A stretch of DNA of 61,766 nt, filler included, from Sphacelaria rigidula (Eukaryota), in NCBI GenBank assembly GCA_964200075.2. It is 5 parts of 5 records of this genome, joined end to end, with 100 filler letters (N's around TTAATTAATTAA, not from the genome) between each part and the next. Parts side by side here need not be neighbours in the genome. Positions count along the whole stretch, not along the records: positions 49,495 to 61,766 come from CAXNAA020003939.1; 4 more parts are not named here. The stretch is one strand, 5' to 3'. Position 1 is the first letter of the stretch; each line of letters begins with the position of its first letter. Position numbers and translations under genes: made by a program. Of the stretch, positions 49,495 through 61,766 are shown one piece after another. The notes beneath the pieces are model-generated. The model worked only from the letters and a program-made list of their open reading frames with translations, searched no databases and was not told the DNA's origin.

Positions 49495-50124
49495 GTTCTC
49501 ATCCTCAATGAAAATCTCCATCCTCAACATGGATGATCCGCTGTTTGGAGCACGGGGAGACGATAGATACCCTCACCTTCACCTAGTTCCTGATTCATGT
49601 CGAGATATGGCGCACATGAATTTCTATACTAAAATCAGTATATTACGAGCAGATGCGCTAGATTATCTGAACCCGGATATCGCGTCTCAGTTTTTGAGAG
49701 TTGTGCTATAAAATTTCGTATGGAGAACCCCTAGTACATAATAAAGTGCTTATAAACACAGCTTTTTCAATTTTTTCGTTTTTTTTCGTCACTTTCTTCG
49801 GGTTTTTGGGGTAGTTCAGAGAAGAAATGAACACTGCTTTTGGGCCTTACTTCCATTTTTTAGCTCAGTTTTTAGAAATGTAATTTGAATCTCAGCATGG
49901 AGGACCACAGAGGTACGAAAAAAATGGAAAATAAATGGGTTACCATTTTTTCTCCGAGAGAGGTCCACGCGTTCTTCTCGTGAAAAAACGGTGTTTACCA
50001 GACTTGAACTTCCTAAACCAATGAAGAAAATGAAAAAAAACGATCTCACCTACTTTGTTTCGTTGATTATGCCGTCGTCACGCCCCACAGAAAGTTTCGA
50101 TGCACAAACACCGAACGTGGGCCG

Positions 50125-50460
50125 GTAAATGGCCTGCAAAATACTGCTCCGAATTTCTTCTGGGCCTGTCACTAGACGGCCCATGACACGGACAATACTT
50201 GGAGTTCGACTCTGAAATTTGGTATGGACAATGAGTTGGGCATAACAAAAAATTCTGGCGCACACAAGGTTTTTTTTTCAATAGTCGAGAGCAATAATAA
50301 GTTTTCAGATATCGGTAAAATGCCCCCGACTCATGGGAAAAAAAAAAAAAAAACTCGTGTGCGCCAGTAATTTTTTTCATTATGCCCTACTCATTGTTCA
50401 TACCAAATTTCAGGGTCCAACTCCAAGTATTGGCCGTATAATAGTGGGCCTGCAAATTGC
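50125..50460. mobile_element. Foldback repeat with ~100-bp arms
   Basis: AATACTTGGAGTTCGACTCTGAAATTTGGTATGGACAATGAG..CTGGCGCACAC mirrored by GTGTGCGCCAG..CTCATTGTTCATACCAAATTTCAG..CTCCAAGTATT. Confidence 0.7.
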
Positions 50461-50647
50461 AGAATCGCTTCTCGGCTGGCCCAGCTCGTGTAATAGTTCA
50501 TTTGGCCCCTTTTTCCACGTTTCCTCCCTACACCGCTGGACGCCGAGCACGCGAAGTAGCGCAAAGATGGTGCTTTGACCTCTCGGACCCCGCTGCCACG
50601 TACTTTTTACTTCCTGGACAACGGATCCGAGAGTTCTGTTCGATTAG

Positions 50648-50855
50648 AACAACGATTTCGTGAAATTGAGTCTAGGATACGATTGAGAGTGAAAAGCGTT
50701 CAATTCATGACTAACACAGTTTCCGTTCCGAAATGTCCGTTCGGGCGTTTTAGACGCCTCCTGTAGTAGCTCGCCACTGAAGCCTTTGATATCCCTGGGT
50801 AGGGTATCGACGCGGAGCTGTAAGCACACGACCGTGTGTTACAGGCGAACAAAAA
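50648..50855. mobile_element. MITE family A, 3'-truncated copy
   Basis: AACAACGATTTCGTGAAATTGAG..GGATACGATTGAGAGTGAAAAGCG..CTGTAGTAGCTCGCCACTGA. Confidence 0.75.
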
Positions 50856-52358
50856 TTTGCCCTCATTCGCAGTTTTATTACCCCTGACGATCGTGACTCC
50901 GGCTGTGTTGTGTTGTTCAAGTCCTGGGCCTATTCCCCCCACACCAACTTGGTTCTCCACCACAACCGGAAAGTGCAAAAACCACAACGAAACCAACTGC
51001 GAAAAAATCAACGTGTCGGAGGGCGAAGTCATCAACGACGTGTTGAAAATTGCCGTCAACCTTCTCCTTCTATCCTGCTATTGTACTACTTCTGCTGTAC
51101 TGCGCGAGATGTGTGCACACGCCAACATCGAAAGCTCGCACACATATTCACCTCTATATTCACCGCACGATAAATAAGCTTATGAACGAACTAAAAAAAA
51201 TGGGGAAACATCCCAAAATTTACTACTGCAAAACTGACCACCCAACCAAAATGTACAACCTACAGTACGGTACGGACAGCAACGTGGGTATGAGTCAGGG
51301 GTGGACATGAACAAAAGACACGAAACAAAAGCGTCTCCAAGCTGGTCATCAGCTTTGTAACGATGCTCATCAGTAACCGAAAAAGAGACTAGGGCCAATA
51401 ACTGAGCCCGAAATTTCTGCAACGCGGAGCTCTACGAAGAAACGCATCACTAGGCTAGTGTAGAGAGGTGTGTGTCACTTAACGTGAGACGATGGGTCGA
51501 TGAACGTACGTATCACCGGTGTACACAAGTAAATCAAGATGAAACAAAGTCTCAAAACTGGTATTTTCCGACCCCAACATCAACTGGCTCTGACTGCTTG
51601 ACCCCCAATTTTAATTTCAGGTGTACTAGCAAGTCAGGTGCGAAAAATCAACAGCTCACCTTGTCACCCCCTCCCACCCGAACACCCCAATTATCGGCAA
51701 AGACAAACACCGATTCAAACCAGCGCTTGTCCCGAGCCATTTTAGAAGGTCCTTCGATCAGGACACCCCCCTCTTCCCGCCTACGAGTCTAACCAAGCAC
51801 AACACAAATATGTTCCTCGCCGCTCCTTTTCTTCTCCCATGAAGGGAAGAAGACCGTTCCTTTCCCTCTCCTCTACCTAGTGATGTAACTAGACGCTGCC
51901 AGAAAAAAACAATTTTCCTTCAAAATATACGACGAAACACCGCTGTGACGACTGCGCAATTGTCTCCCGGCGGCGTAAACAAAATCACGAAAGTAGCAGC
52001 GGCCAACCGGGAACACCACCACCAACGACGACAGCTACTACCGCCGCCAGATTAAATCCGTACTCCTGTTGATTTTCGACAGCAACGACAACGCTCAAGA
52101 ACCATATGCATGCCCTTGGAGGTCGACAACTTTGTCCAGCAGTCGGTCAGTCACCCAAGCTAACAAACAAGAACAAATCAGTTCAACAAACAAGACACAC
52201 GAAACACCGCACACGCCACTGAAATCAACTCGTGGAAAATAAGACACGTACAGGCCGCGTTTTGCGAACACCGGCTCAGCAAGCAAAGATTCTACTCCCA
52301 TCTATATATATATATATGTATATACTGTTACATTTTACCCCCCCCTTTCGCCTTCTAT

Positions 52359-54208
52359 TCATGGGGGCACAACGCCCTCGTCTTCTTCGCGTACGGATGC
52401 CAGCCCGCCAATTGTACGTTCGTCGCCTCGTGCGCCGTGTTTGCCGTTCAATGGTCGTCCGTTTCCGCTCCTCAGGTAGACCTTGCCTCTGGCCGTCTTG
52501 AAAGCGTTCCTACGCGGGATACCCCTCATGCCTGATGAGATTGGAGGGATCGCGCACACCACCAATTATCGGACTGTTTCTAGGGAGCATGAAAGAATGT
52601 GACCCGCCCACGTGTATTTGCACCCTCAACACCAAAATCATGTCATCATCCATAGAACACTCAAAGGGATGTAACCGTCCGACACCACATAAACGGAAGT
52701 AAAAGAAGTCCACAGGTTTTCACGGTTCGGAAAAATTGATAAATCATCGCCGGTTATAATCACCAAATTTACGATTTTTCAGGCCTGATTGCCCGAAAGA
52801 GAGGAAAAGGTCGACTCAAGGTGAAAAAGGTTGCAACTTTTGCGCCATTCCGCATGCCTGGGCTGCGCGTACCTGGGTTGCAACGCTGGAAACAAAGTCC
52901 AAGGACTGATTCGTCCGGTACGAATCAATCACACTAATATCAAGCGACTTGCAGACGAATCGTTTATTCGTCAGGTACGAATCAATCACACTAATATCAA
53001 GCAATTTCCAGACGAACCATTTATTCGTCTACCCGTGCGGGTTTTGGTGAATGAAAAACACTCTTACTACAAAGCAAAAACCACGTGGGAATCGACCAAA
53101 GCATGGTTGGAGGTCACACAGTACAGTGTTTTGAATCTTACCCCCCCACCCACCCCGAAACACGCAGGGTTGCGGTCGGTTGGCAACGACGCTGTGAAAC
53201 AAGCCACTCACTGCGTGGGCAACGCAACCACGTGACCGATTTTCTTCTCGCGTTATTTTTGCGGTAACCGTAATGGTGCTCGAGTTAAATCATTTTGTGC
53301 GGGGTGGGATCACCTCAATTCTGCGCAAAGGGGATGATCGTACTACGTCGTGTTCAAGTGGTGACACACCCGTGAGGCAGTGTAACCCGTGGCTGTCTCG
53401 GGAAGTGATGATATCAGAGACTGAAGCAACTTATTCGAAGCTGTCGTTCATATGGAAGGTACGAACTACGCTTCGGGCTGAGTATTTCTAGCAGGATTCA
53501 GCTCACCCCTCATGCGACTCGCTGAACACATCATGGCGCTTCGCGCTCGGGGATTGATCGCGAGCATGATCCGGCGAAAACCGGGCGTGCTCCGTCTCGG
53601 CGTTGTAGGGATGCTAGATCACTGGTCATATTATAACGGCATGCAAAATCATGACTACACCCCCCCCCCCCCCCCCCTCCACCGCCCCCGCCCCCATACG
53701 CCTCGGAGGCGGAGGCGGGGTAGATGTGATANNNNNNNNNNGGTCAAATGACTAAGGCAAGCAACAAATGAGTACGCCCCCCCCTCCCAACGCGCTCCAC
53801 GCACAACTCACCATTTCTAAACGCACCCCTCCACTCCCCTCCTCCCTCGCCGGCCCTCGACCTTGATCGATCTCCCCCCCGACAACTGCCACCATTTCTG
53901 CCCACACCAACACCCAGCCATGAAAACCACTCGGACTTCGCGAGCGCAGTGTCTTGTGCGGTGGCGCCCCCGGTAGCAGAGGTAGCAGAGGATATGGACG
54001 ACACTAAAGATGATACTGATGATGATGGGACGCCGCCTAAGCGATCGCCGGGCAGGCGACCGGAGGGTGAAACGTGAGAAGATCGGTTGGCGTTGGCCAC
54101 GGTGTTGCCGCTGCCGCCGAGTGGAGGTGCGCTCCCGAGTACGCAGCCACCGCCGGGGGATGATTTGGTGTTCAGTGGACGTTGCTGAACACGAGTTTCG
54201 CGCCTCAT
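52359..54208 (-). CDS. Possible 3' exons of an unknown low-complexity protein (~54208-53915, ~53613-53507, ~52531-52359)
   Basis: Minus-strand acceptors GGAACAG|, ATCTAG| and CATCAG|; donor GG|GTGAGC; S/G/A-rich open frames. Phases not firmly resolved. Confidence 0.3.
52908..53030. repeat. 57-bp tandem repeat, ~2.2 copies
   Basis: ATTCGTC(C/A)GGTACGAATCAATCACACTAATATCAAGC...CAGACGAA..TTT repeated. Confidence 0.85.
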
Positions 54209-55299
54209 CTGTTCCGTGGAGGAGTGTACCGGAGGCGTTTCGTAACCGCAGATGTGCGACGTGGGAGGGGTGGGGCACAGGGGGACGTGAATTTTCTGTG
54301 ACTCGTTACACGTATCACTGTGATATATGTATGTTTGGGCGAAAAATAAACTTCGATTTTGGACTGGTGAACGCTCATCTGATGATACACACACACACAC
54401 TGCGGGGGTGACGAAAAAACGAATAAACACAGCTTGTAACGACCGAAAACGGAGTCTTCCACGTATCAGCCATCGCACTCCTCGAACAACGAAACACATG
54501 CGTTTCCTGCTTACTGTACGTGTTCTGACACAAAAAGTGTTCGCGCACCCGGGCGGGTTTCTTGTTCGTTTGCATACATCACACAATTTTCTATTTTCAG
54601 GTAATAAGACAGACTACGGGACTTCCCCCGTCTGCCCAGGACGCAGAAGGTGGCCCGTGCGAGAGCATTGTGGGGACCACGACGGCACGCCAGAGTTACG
54701 ACGCGTCACCACCGAGGCGATCCTCACTCTACGTTGGGATGGTAGATTTGTGCGGCGGGCGTACCAGTGATTTACCAAGGTACCTATGCCTTACGGGGTT
54801 GAAGTGAGGGTACGATGGGGCAGGGGGCTTCAGGCTCGTCGAGAAGGTGATGACCTCGTCCAAAGGCGCACCGTAAAGTCGTGGAGATGGAAGTAATTAT
54901 TCTCAAAACAGCAACTGATTGGGTACAGGTGGTATCGGGGGAGGCATGTGCACGAGGGAGATCAAGTTTTGCATCGAATGGTACTGTCTCATTTGATGTG
55001 GAACGGGGGGGGGGGGGTTATTTCGTTACTGTTGGAGGATGCGGGGCCCTGGTATACAGCCTCATGCATGTTTTTTTCTTCCCTCACATGAGAACCAACT
55101 TTAGTTGCAATAAGTAGTGGTCCAATGAAAATTTCCACAGACGCTTCGACAAAAATACCCGAGAGACTGATGAGGTGTGACGTTTATGCCAGTTGACACC
55201 AAACCGTCCGCGATATGTAGATAGCCTCTATTGTGCGACCCCCGGAAACTGATCGATGCACTTATCTCCCCCCCTTTTTTTCTCTCGCTTCGCACAAGC

Positions 55300-56600
55300 C
55301 GATGTACATAACACAGCCCAAGAAAGCTCCGCAAAGGGTACGCTGAAGTATCTATTTCGGAAAATGAAAATCCACCCGTTGTCTGTCTGTCTCATGTCCG
55401 ATTTTCCACCATTAATAGTCGGGCGTGAATCTGGCCACGGTTGTCATTTTTTCCGGAGTTCTTCACTCCCGAGGCTTGACCCCCTTGCGACATCGACCAC
55501 CGACAGTCGTCACGCAAACGCTCGACCTGGGTCAAACCCCACCTTCGGGAGTGTTATTTGAGAGATACAGGTCCCCTTCCACCTCCAGCACACAGTGCAG
55601 TCCACAGATTACGAACTTCATGTGCCGAATCAAAACGCGTGTCGTGCCCATCTCCAGCGTACGCAAGACTACCGACCACGCAGTGGATATGCATAGCAGC
55701 TACGATTGTCGCTGTGATGAGCTCGCCAAGTACCGTGTGCCTGTTCAAAGCGTGTGTCGACTTCTCGCATTGGACTCACCTACAGTACCCCAATCGAGAA
55801 TAGCATGCCAGTACCGTTTGTCGGCGCTGGCATTACAGTATTACAGTCTAAATTTGCAGATTTGAAACCAACACCAAGAGCCATCACGCAGCAAGTTTGC
55901 CTTGTTGTGACGAGGGCGCCAGGCATCCACGGATTCGCCACTATTACAGATTTTAGTGCCATCATGAATTGCTTGTGATGAGTTCATGATCGAGCATGGA
56001 CTACCGGCATCGCAGCTTCTGGTGCTGTTATTATGAATTAATATAATCATCAAGGACCATGTCTACAGGTCTCTTCAAATTCAGTGCTGACTTGAAGCCC
56101 AACCATGCGTCGTGTGCAAGATGCACGTTCCCGCTCACTCCACCAAACATTACCATATTTATGGTGGCAGGTTGAGGTAACGCCAACTGTAAACAGCTCT
56201 GCGGAAAATCTCATGTCTGCCCATGTCCGGATAGAAGTTATTGGACGACACATCGGCTCCACACTCGCAAACCCCATTCCCCCCTCTTTGTACCTGCATA
56301 CAGTATATACTGTACTGTCCAGGGGGGGTTGACCCTTGGGGAGCCAACCCCTGGCGGTGGACTGAGATGGACTGTGCCACATTTTGGGTTCAGAATAAGG
56401 GGATTTCCGGACACCTCGAACGGTAGCATGCATGTCCCGTTGACAGGGGCATAAGCAAAGGCTTGCCACACAACCGCACACAGTCATCGATGAACCTGAA
56501 GAGCGCATTGCCCCCCCAAACCATTACACACAGCTCGAGCCGGAGCTGCTAATCAGCTGAGCACGTTGTGCGTAACGTTGCTCAAATCTGTTCAGAATTT
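55300..56600 (-). mobile_element. Decayed non-LTR retrotransposon, post-RT region to restriction-like endonuclease
   Basis: ARGWL...VY...KEGGMGFASV (GGLG thumb motif), then degenerate C.YC..H, RH.VL and RFTPD-like motifs in the expected order. Confidence 0.45.
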
Positions 56601-57242
56601 AATGAGATATGATCATTTGGGTGAGACGCGCGCACAGCACACCACACAAACGATCAGCAACGACACGTTTTCGGTTGTTTTTCGCTTGGACGCGGGCGCT
56701 TTTCCTGCAATACAGAACTGATTTCCGTCAAACAAAGACCATCGTGTGCAGATTGGCAACGGCTAGCGCAGGAGCTAACGCGCGCGTGAGTGGTGCATAT
56801 CTGTGTGTCTCTCGGGCTCGGTGTGCAGGAGCTGTGTTGCCTTGTTGCGACTTGTCTCTAGCACTGCAGACAGCAGACAGCAGAGGCCTTGGACTGCCGT
56901 CCACTTCCAGAACCACCGCATTTCTGAACCTGTGCACATCTGGCTTTCGATCTGGACTAAAAAAGCTCCTTGATGAAAATTTGGACCCCAAACTTGTCGT
57001 TGTGGGGGCAATCCCCTTTCAAAATGGGATTTTGAACAACGGGTACTTCTCTTCGATAAGAAACCGCTTGCGAGGAGTCTAGCCCACTTTTCTGATTTGC
57101 TCGGCTCCAAGGTTTCGAGAGTGGCCTCCGAACAAAAACAAACCGCACGTGAAAAAATAGAGGAGGTTTCACCCCAGCTTGCCTTCAAAGTAACGACTGT
57201 CGATAGATCTCATCATAACCTTACTGACCATAACCCCAAACA

Positions 57243-57560
57243 TCGGTGGCCCCGGTGGCTCACTTGGTAACCTCGAAATTTTATGACGGTTGGGCTGTGG
57301 GTTTGAGTCTCGTTGCAGTCACACGATCTGTCGTCGGTGCGCTAAATTCGACTTCACGGTCGATGAGGGAAAGGAATCGCTAGACCCCTCTCGCGAAAAA
57401 AAAAAAAAGGAAAACACCGCAGAAGGAGGTGAGGTAATAAAAATAATAAAATAAAAATCCTGTGTCGGCCTTCCTCCTGTGTGAGCCCGGCTGACTCGCC
57501 CACATATACCGAAAGGTGTAGACTGGCGTCCAGAAGAGAGGAATGACAACCCACACAAAC
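57243..57560 (+). mobile_element. SINE family 1 copy inside an inverted-repeat element (arms ~57068-57140 / ~57845-57910)
   Basis: CGGTGGCCCCGGTGGCTCACTTGGTAACCTCGAAA...GACGGTTGGG..., colinear with the reverse complement of 32640-32994. Confidence 0.8.
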
Positions 57561-58099
57561 GACCCAAGCCATACGAGAACCCTCGGGCAAGGGGGGCGCA
57601 AAGGATGCTTGAGGCCAAGTGTGCGTGCGTTGGCAATACCTCAAACGGACGGCGTAGGAGACGTTTCGGACAAAAACGCCTTCTGGGCAAGCTTGTCCCG
57701 CTAAAGATCCGGATGTCCTTGTTCAAAATCAAATCAAGTTATACTACTGTTGTAACGATGGTCAATACGGCTGCGAACTACCTGTAGAGCAAACCCTACA
57801 GACAGGACAGTAGCGTCTAACATTTCTTTCATGTCCACTTAGATGTTTGTCCAGAGGTAACTCTCGACGCATCGGAGCCAAAGGAATAGCAAAAGTGGGC
57901 TAGACTCCTTCCAGTGAGATCTCGCAGTGTCCAAGGCATAGGGTGGTGATATTTCCGTTTTGCGGTTTGGGTTAAACCGTGCCAACTATCCCCAAACTGG
58001 AAAAATCAGATGGGGAATCTAACGCGAATAGCAAATAACATATTTGAAAACGGTTTGCATGAGATCGAGTTACTGTATATATTGTGTATCCCAAAACGT

Positions 58100-58900
58100 G
58101 GTATTGCGGTCATGTGGGACTTTGGCGTCGACGGATTTTCACTGATAATACTTCAATTGGAAGAAGATTGAAGATTTGTACTTGGACTATAAAAACTGAA
58201 AGAAGGTTGAAGATGATATACGGATTAAGTAATTTGGATGGTTGGGATGGGGAATGAATTATATTTTTTGGACAGGGGGAACACAACATGAAAATATCGC
58301 GAAGCAAATACAGATACCATAAGAACGGCCTTAAAGTAGTACTTGTAGAAGTGCTGCGGATGGGTACATGTGGGGTGGCAAGCGTGAATAGTAGGCCTGT
58401 GAATCCACGAAATGTTTTGTCCGTGTTGCACACCAGATGACCGTCCTGTCGGATTTGTATCGTTAAACTCTAGTGCACTATAATAGAGGTGGCAACGGTT
58501 ACTGATCGAAGAGCTCGAGATTCGTTCACAACGAAATATGTGTCCACTCTCCAACACGCCCCTCGGACAAGCAAAGGAGGGTTATTACGGACGGGAATTG
58601 CATGTGGCAAACACAACTTGACAAGAGAAAAGAAGAGGCAGACAGAAAATTGGAACTAAAGATACGGTTTCAAACAAGGCCCCTGGAGACTGGAGGAATG
58701 AGGTTGGCCGAGAGCTTGCAACATGGTCAGGATCCTGAGTGCTGAGAGAACTCCTACAGTGCAGTCGTGTCAAGAGCGAGCGTAAACAACACCAGCGATA
58801 CTGATGGGGCAAGAAAACAGAGAGCACAGCCAAAATTCATATCGGAGTCGAAGCCCTTGGGTGTATTCCGCAAATTTCAGCTGTTGCATCGTTTGGAGGA
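58100..58900 (+). mobile_element. Possible second non-LTR (RLE-type) relic
   Basis: CTIIEVATVTDRRARDSFTTKYVSTL resembles the IIEV..D..K..KY endonuclease motif; many stops. Confidence 0.3.
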
Positions 58901-61766
58901 GTCCCGAGAACATCTCATAGACACAGATGTTCAGTACAGTATACTTTACAACTGACAAAATGTGGAACATATAAAGAGGACGTGTATTGTAAACAGAACA
59001 AGTGTGATGATACCTACCCCGAACACGCGTCACGTCCGAAATAATCTTTCAAGTGCAACAAAACTACAGTGTACCAAACTGCTACATGAACCGAAGGCAA
59101 GCATTCCTCTTTCTCGCAAACCGGACACCGAAACACCCCCCTCCCCCCCTCCCCAAGATCACCTCTTCCAGCTTTTCTCGTTCAGACTTGAGCTCTTCCT
59201 GTCTAGTCTTCCACTTGGACCAGACGCATACACCAACGGCAAGCACGGGAATGATGCTCCATCTTCCCAACAAATCCTAAAAATAGAAAAAGTGCAACAT
59301 CACACCAACGAAATATGGTTCACAGCGCACATGGCGCACGAACAGGGGGAGGGAGCATAACGACAGCAACGTGTGAGAAGAGCAAAGCATACAACTGGGA
59401 TATAACCCACAGCAGCAGCTCCCGGGGGTGCGTACTGAATCAACTCTGAGAGAGATACAAATAGGGGCTCCTGTGCCTAGCATATCACCATGTGTGATGG
59501 TACGTCAGTCACGCGAGGCGAGGTTGGTTTTGAGGGATGAAGTATGAAGGCAGGCCGAGGTGGGAAAAGGGCCATGTCAACAGACTGCACCATCCGCCCC
59601 AACTATCGATCGTGGGGCGATTAAACCTGAACAGACTACATCACAGGATTGCAGCAACCCCACGGCCTTGTGCCGTTTCCATCTGTATGCCACCCGCTCT
59701 CTTCTCTTACATCTGCCCACCGCCTCGCCCTCGCCCCCTCATCATCTCGGCGTCTACCCCTCTTCTATTTTCAAAGTACAGTACAGCGCCCCCTTGCCCT
59801 AGAATTTGACGAGGATATGAAACAAGCACACACCTTAATTACTTTGCGGCCCAGGAAGCCCGCCACGAGCCACGCTGCTCGGTTGGAGGCAAAGTCGGTG
59901 CCCATTTGAATAGCTGGCAATGGAGGCCCTGGTCGAATGGTCGAATCTAAATATATATATGCTGTTGTTTTTTGTGCTGGGCTGTCGGTCTTGATGTGTG
60001 TGTAGATTGGTGTTGCGCTGTCTACGTTTTCGTCCTCTGTCTGTCTGTGTCTTGTCTGTATACTGCGTACAGGGAGCAAGTGAGTCGCCGTTTTCGGTTG
60101 CTGTTCGTGACGGGGAATGAACATCGACCAATCAAAACGGAGCATAAGCGGTGACGTGTGTATTTGTTGGGCCGTGCGCGGTGTGTAGTGTGTACGTGTT
60201 TTTGTGCGACATCCGTACAGTAGATGGGTGCAGTCCACACTTGTACGCAACGAGCGGCTGAAACACGGCTATGTGTCGATATCGTGACCATCGACAACTC
60301 TACAGAAAAGAGGTCAAAGGGTGTACTGCGTTTCCGGTCGGAGAGTAAATATTGAGAACAATGTGTGGGGACCTACTCCTCTTGTCACCGACGACACCAC
60401 CTACCGTTTTCCTCTCATGTGACTAAAACGTACTTGCGACACGAATGTTTCACTACTATTCATGATGCGCCGCCAATACGCGCCTTCCGGCGACGTTCAT
60501 GTTGTGCTGCTCGCCACCTCAGCACCATAAGGTATACCTCTGCGCAACCTCGACGTGTTGAGCCTGAACGATCGAATGGATTTTGAGAAGATACGGAAAA
60601 CTCGGCCAAGCACGGCAACAGTATCTTTTTCATAGATGTTAGTAGGCTTGACTATCGTGAGGCGTTTATAGAGATTAAGGGAAGCGCCTGTCCGACGCAG
60701 CAATGCCTACGAGCACAGTATGGTACATAGAAGAGCTCGTTGAGTACAATGAATGTCCTGGATGCTTGCAGCTATACAATACACTACACATGGAGAGCGT
60801 GGATATGTAGCAAAAGGAGGGGACTGTCTTGATCGTGGCGGGAACGGGATCCGATGTCGCCCATAGCGGGTCGCGGTGGGCATCGACTGACACAACAGCC
60901 AGCAGCATCAATTGAAATAATGAAACGACGTAGTAGGTCGATGGCAACGATTGTCGATTTATGTGCGCTGATCCGTGCAGGTTGGCGCGACTTTTAGTCA
61001 CAGTTTCTCCGATAGTATTCGGAGTACGTTCTGCACGGAGACTCCATGCATATGTTCTCTATTGACACATTACAAGCACGTACTACTCTTGCGCCTATGA
61101 TTGACACATACCCTGATAGCGACGTCCACTACATGCACCAAAACGGTAGGGGGGGGACTACATACTACGCTCACTGAGCTGTACATCGGCCGTACCGCGC
61201 GCTAACTGTCAGCATCCTGTCATGGAAGATCTGAATGGCCCACGAATGATCATCCATCGAAGATCGGGATCAACCACGGTGGTGTTCACCACACACGGTC
61301 TGGACAGACCATGTCGACAACAGGTGAAGTGGACGACATCGTGCCCTCAGGTCAACTTAGATAGGGCACCCCGGAATACTCAGCCCAGTACCTACAGCAG
61401 CAATCGCACTCAAAGAGATTAGCCAGATGTAATTAGTTGACGTCTTCAGGAGGGGCATCAGAGAAAGCAACTCCTTGTGTCGTCCAGTTCAAGGCCGGGA
61501 TTGTCGGTCCTCATCAAACCTTCCTGAGCCCCGATATCGCCGAGACGGACATAGTTTCTAGATGAAGATGACCGACGTTGCATTCATATTCCTTGTCGAT
61601 CGCGCTCCGCTGATGCAAATCACGATGATAATGATCTACATATACTTGTGGTGTTGTACACAGTGATATATGATCTTGTTGTAATGGCTTGCACGGGGGG
61701 GCGGAGGCGGCGGGGGGGGGGCGGGGAGGAGGGGGGAGGGGGGATCAACAATGCGGTGGTTCTCAT

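Noticed and set aside
55161..55230. Hammerhead ribozyme (CTGATGA-GGTGT...ACACC-AAAC)
   Set aside because: Lacks the G of GAAA and has no convincing stems I/III. Other CTGANGA hits (52532, 51368 minus) also lack the core.
55280..55334. Gypsy RT motif LRSFLGLCYVHRLV
   Set aside because: No RT upstream or RNase H downstream; the context fits the end of a non-LTR relic or chance

Overview
Eukaryotic, TE-rich genomic DNA, most consistent with a brown alga (inferred from ~1 kb repeat-filled introns, short GC-rich exons and the repeat landscape; not provable here). The window is not contiguous. It is five ~12.27 kb segments (1-12275, 12376-24648, 24749-37021, 37122-49394, 49495-61766) joined by identical artificial 100-nt N44-TTAATTAATTAA-N44 linkers. 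The best-supported gene is nine phase-compatible exons of AP-4 adaptor complex subunit epsilon (12491-23710, +), including one GC-AG intron. Other genes: a long single ORF fusing a degenerate 2OG-Fe(II) oxygenase-like domain to a GNAT acetyltransferase (to 7015, +), and a terminal exon encoding half a PDZ domain plus two LysM domains (45490-46236, +). The rest is dominated by non-autonomous mobile DNA: two tRNA-headed SINE families, three MITE families with 4-bp TSDs (Sola-like), a self-inserting PIF/Harbinger-like MITE multimer holding a perfect 90-bp palindrome, foldback elements with nested insertions, and decayed copia, gypsy and RLE-type non-LTR relics. There is also a decayed intronless zinc-knuckle repeat gene and a Ulp1-like relic. 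I found no CRISPR array, rRNA, intact tRNA or intact transposase. I could not identify a single novel system shared by all five segments. The most interesting candidates are the two unusual domain fusions and the self-targeting MITE array. All domain calls are by eye, with no database searches.
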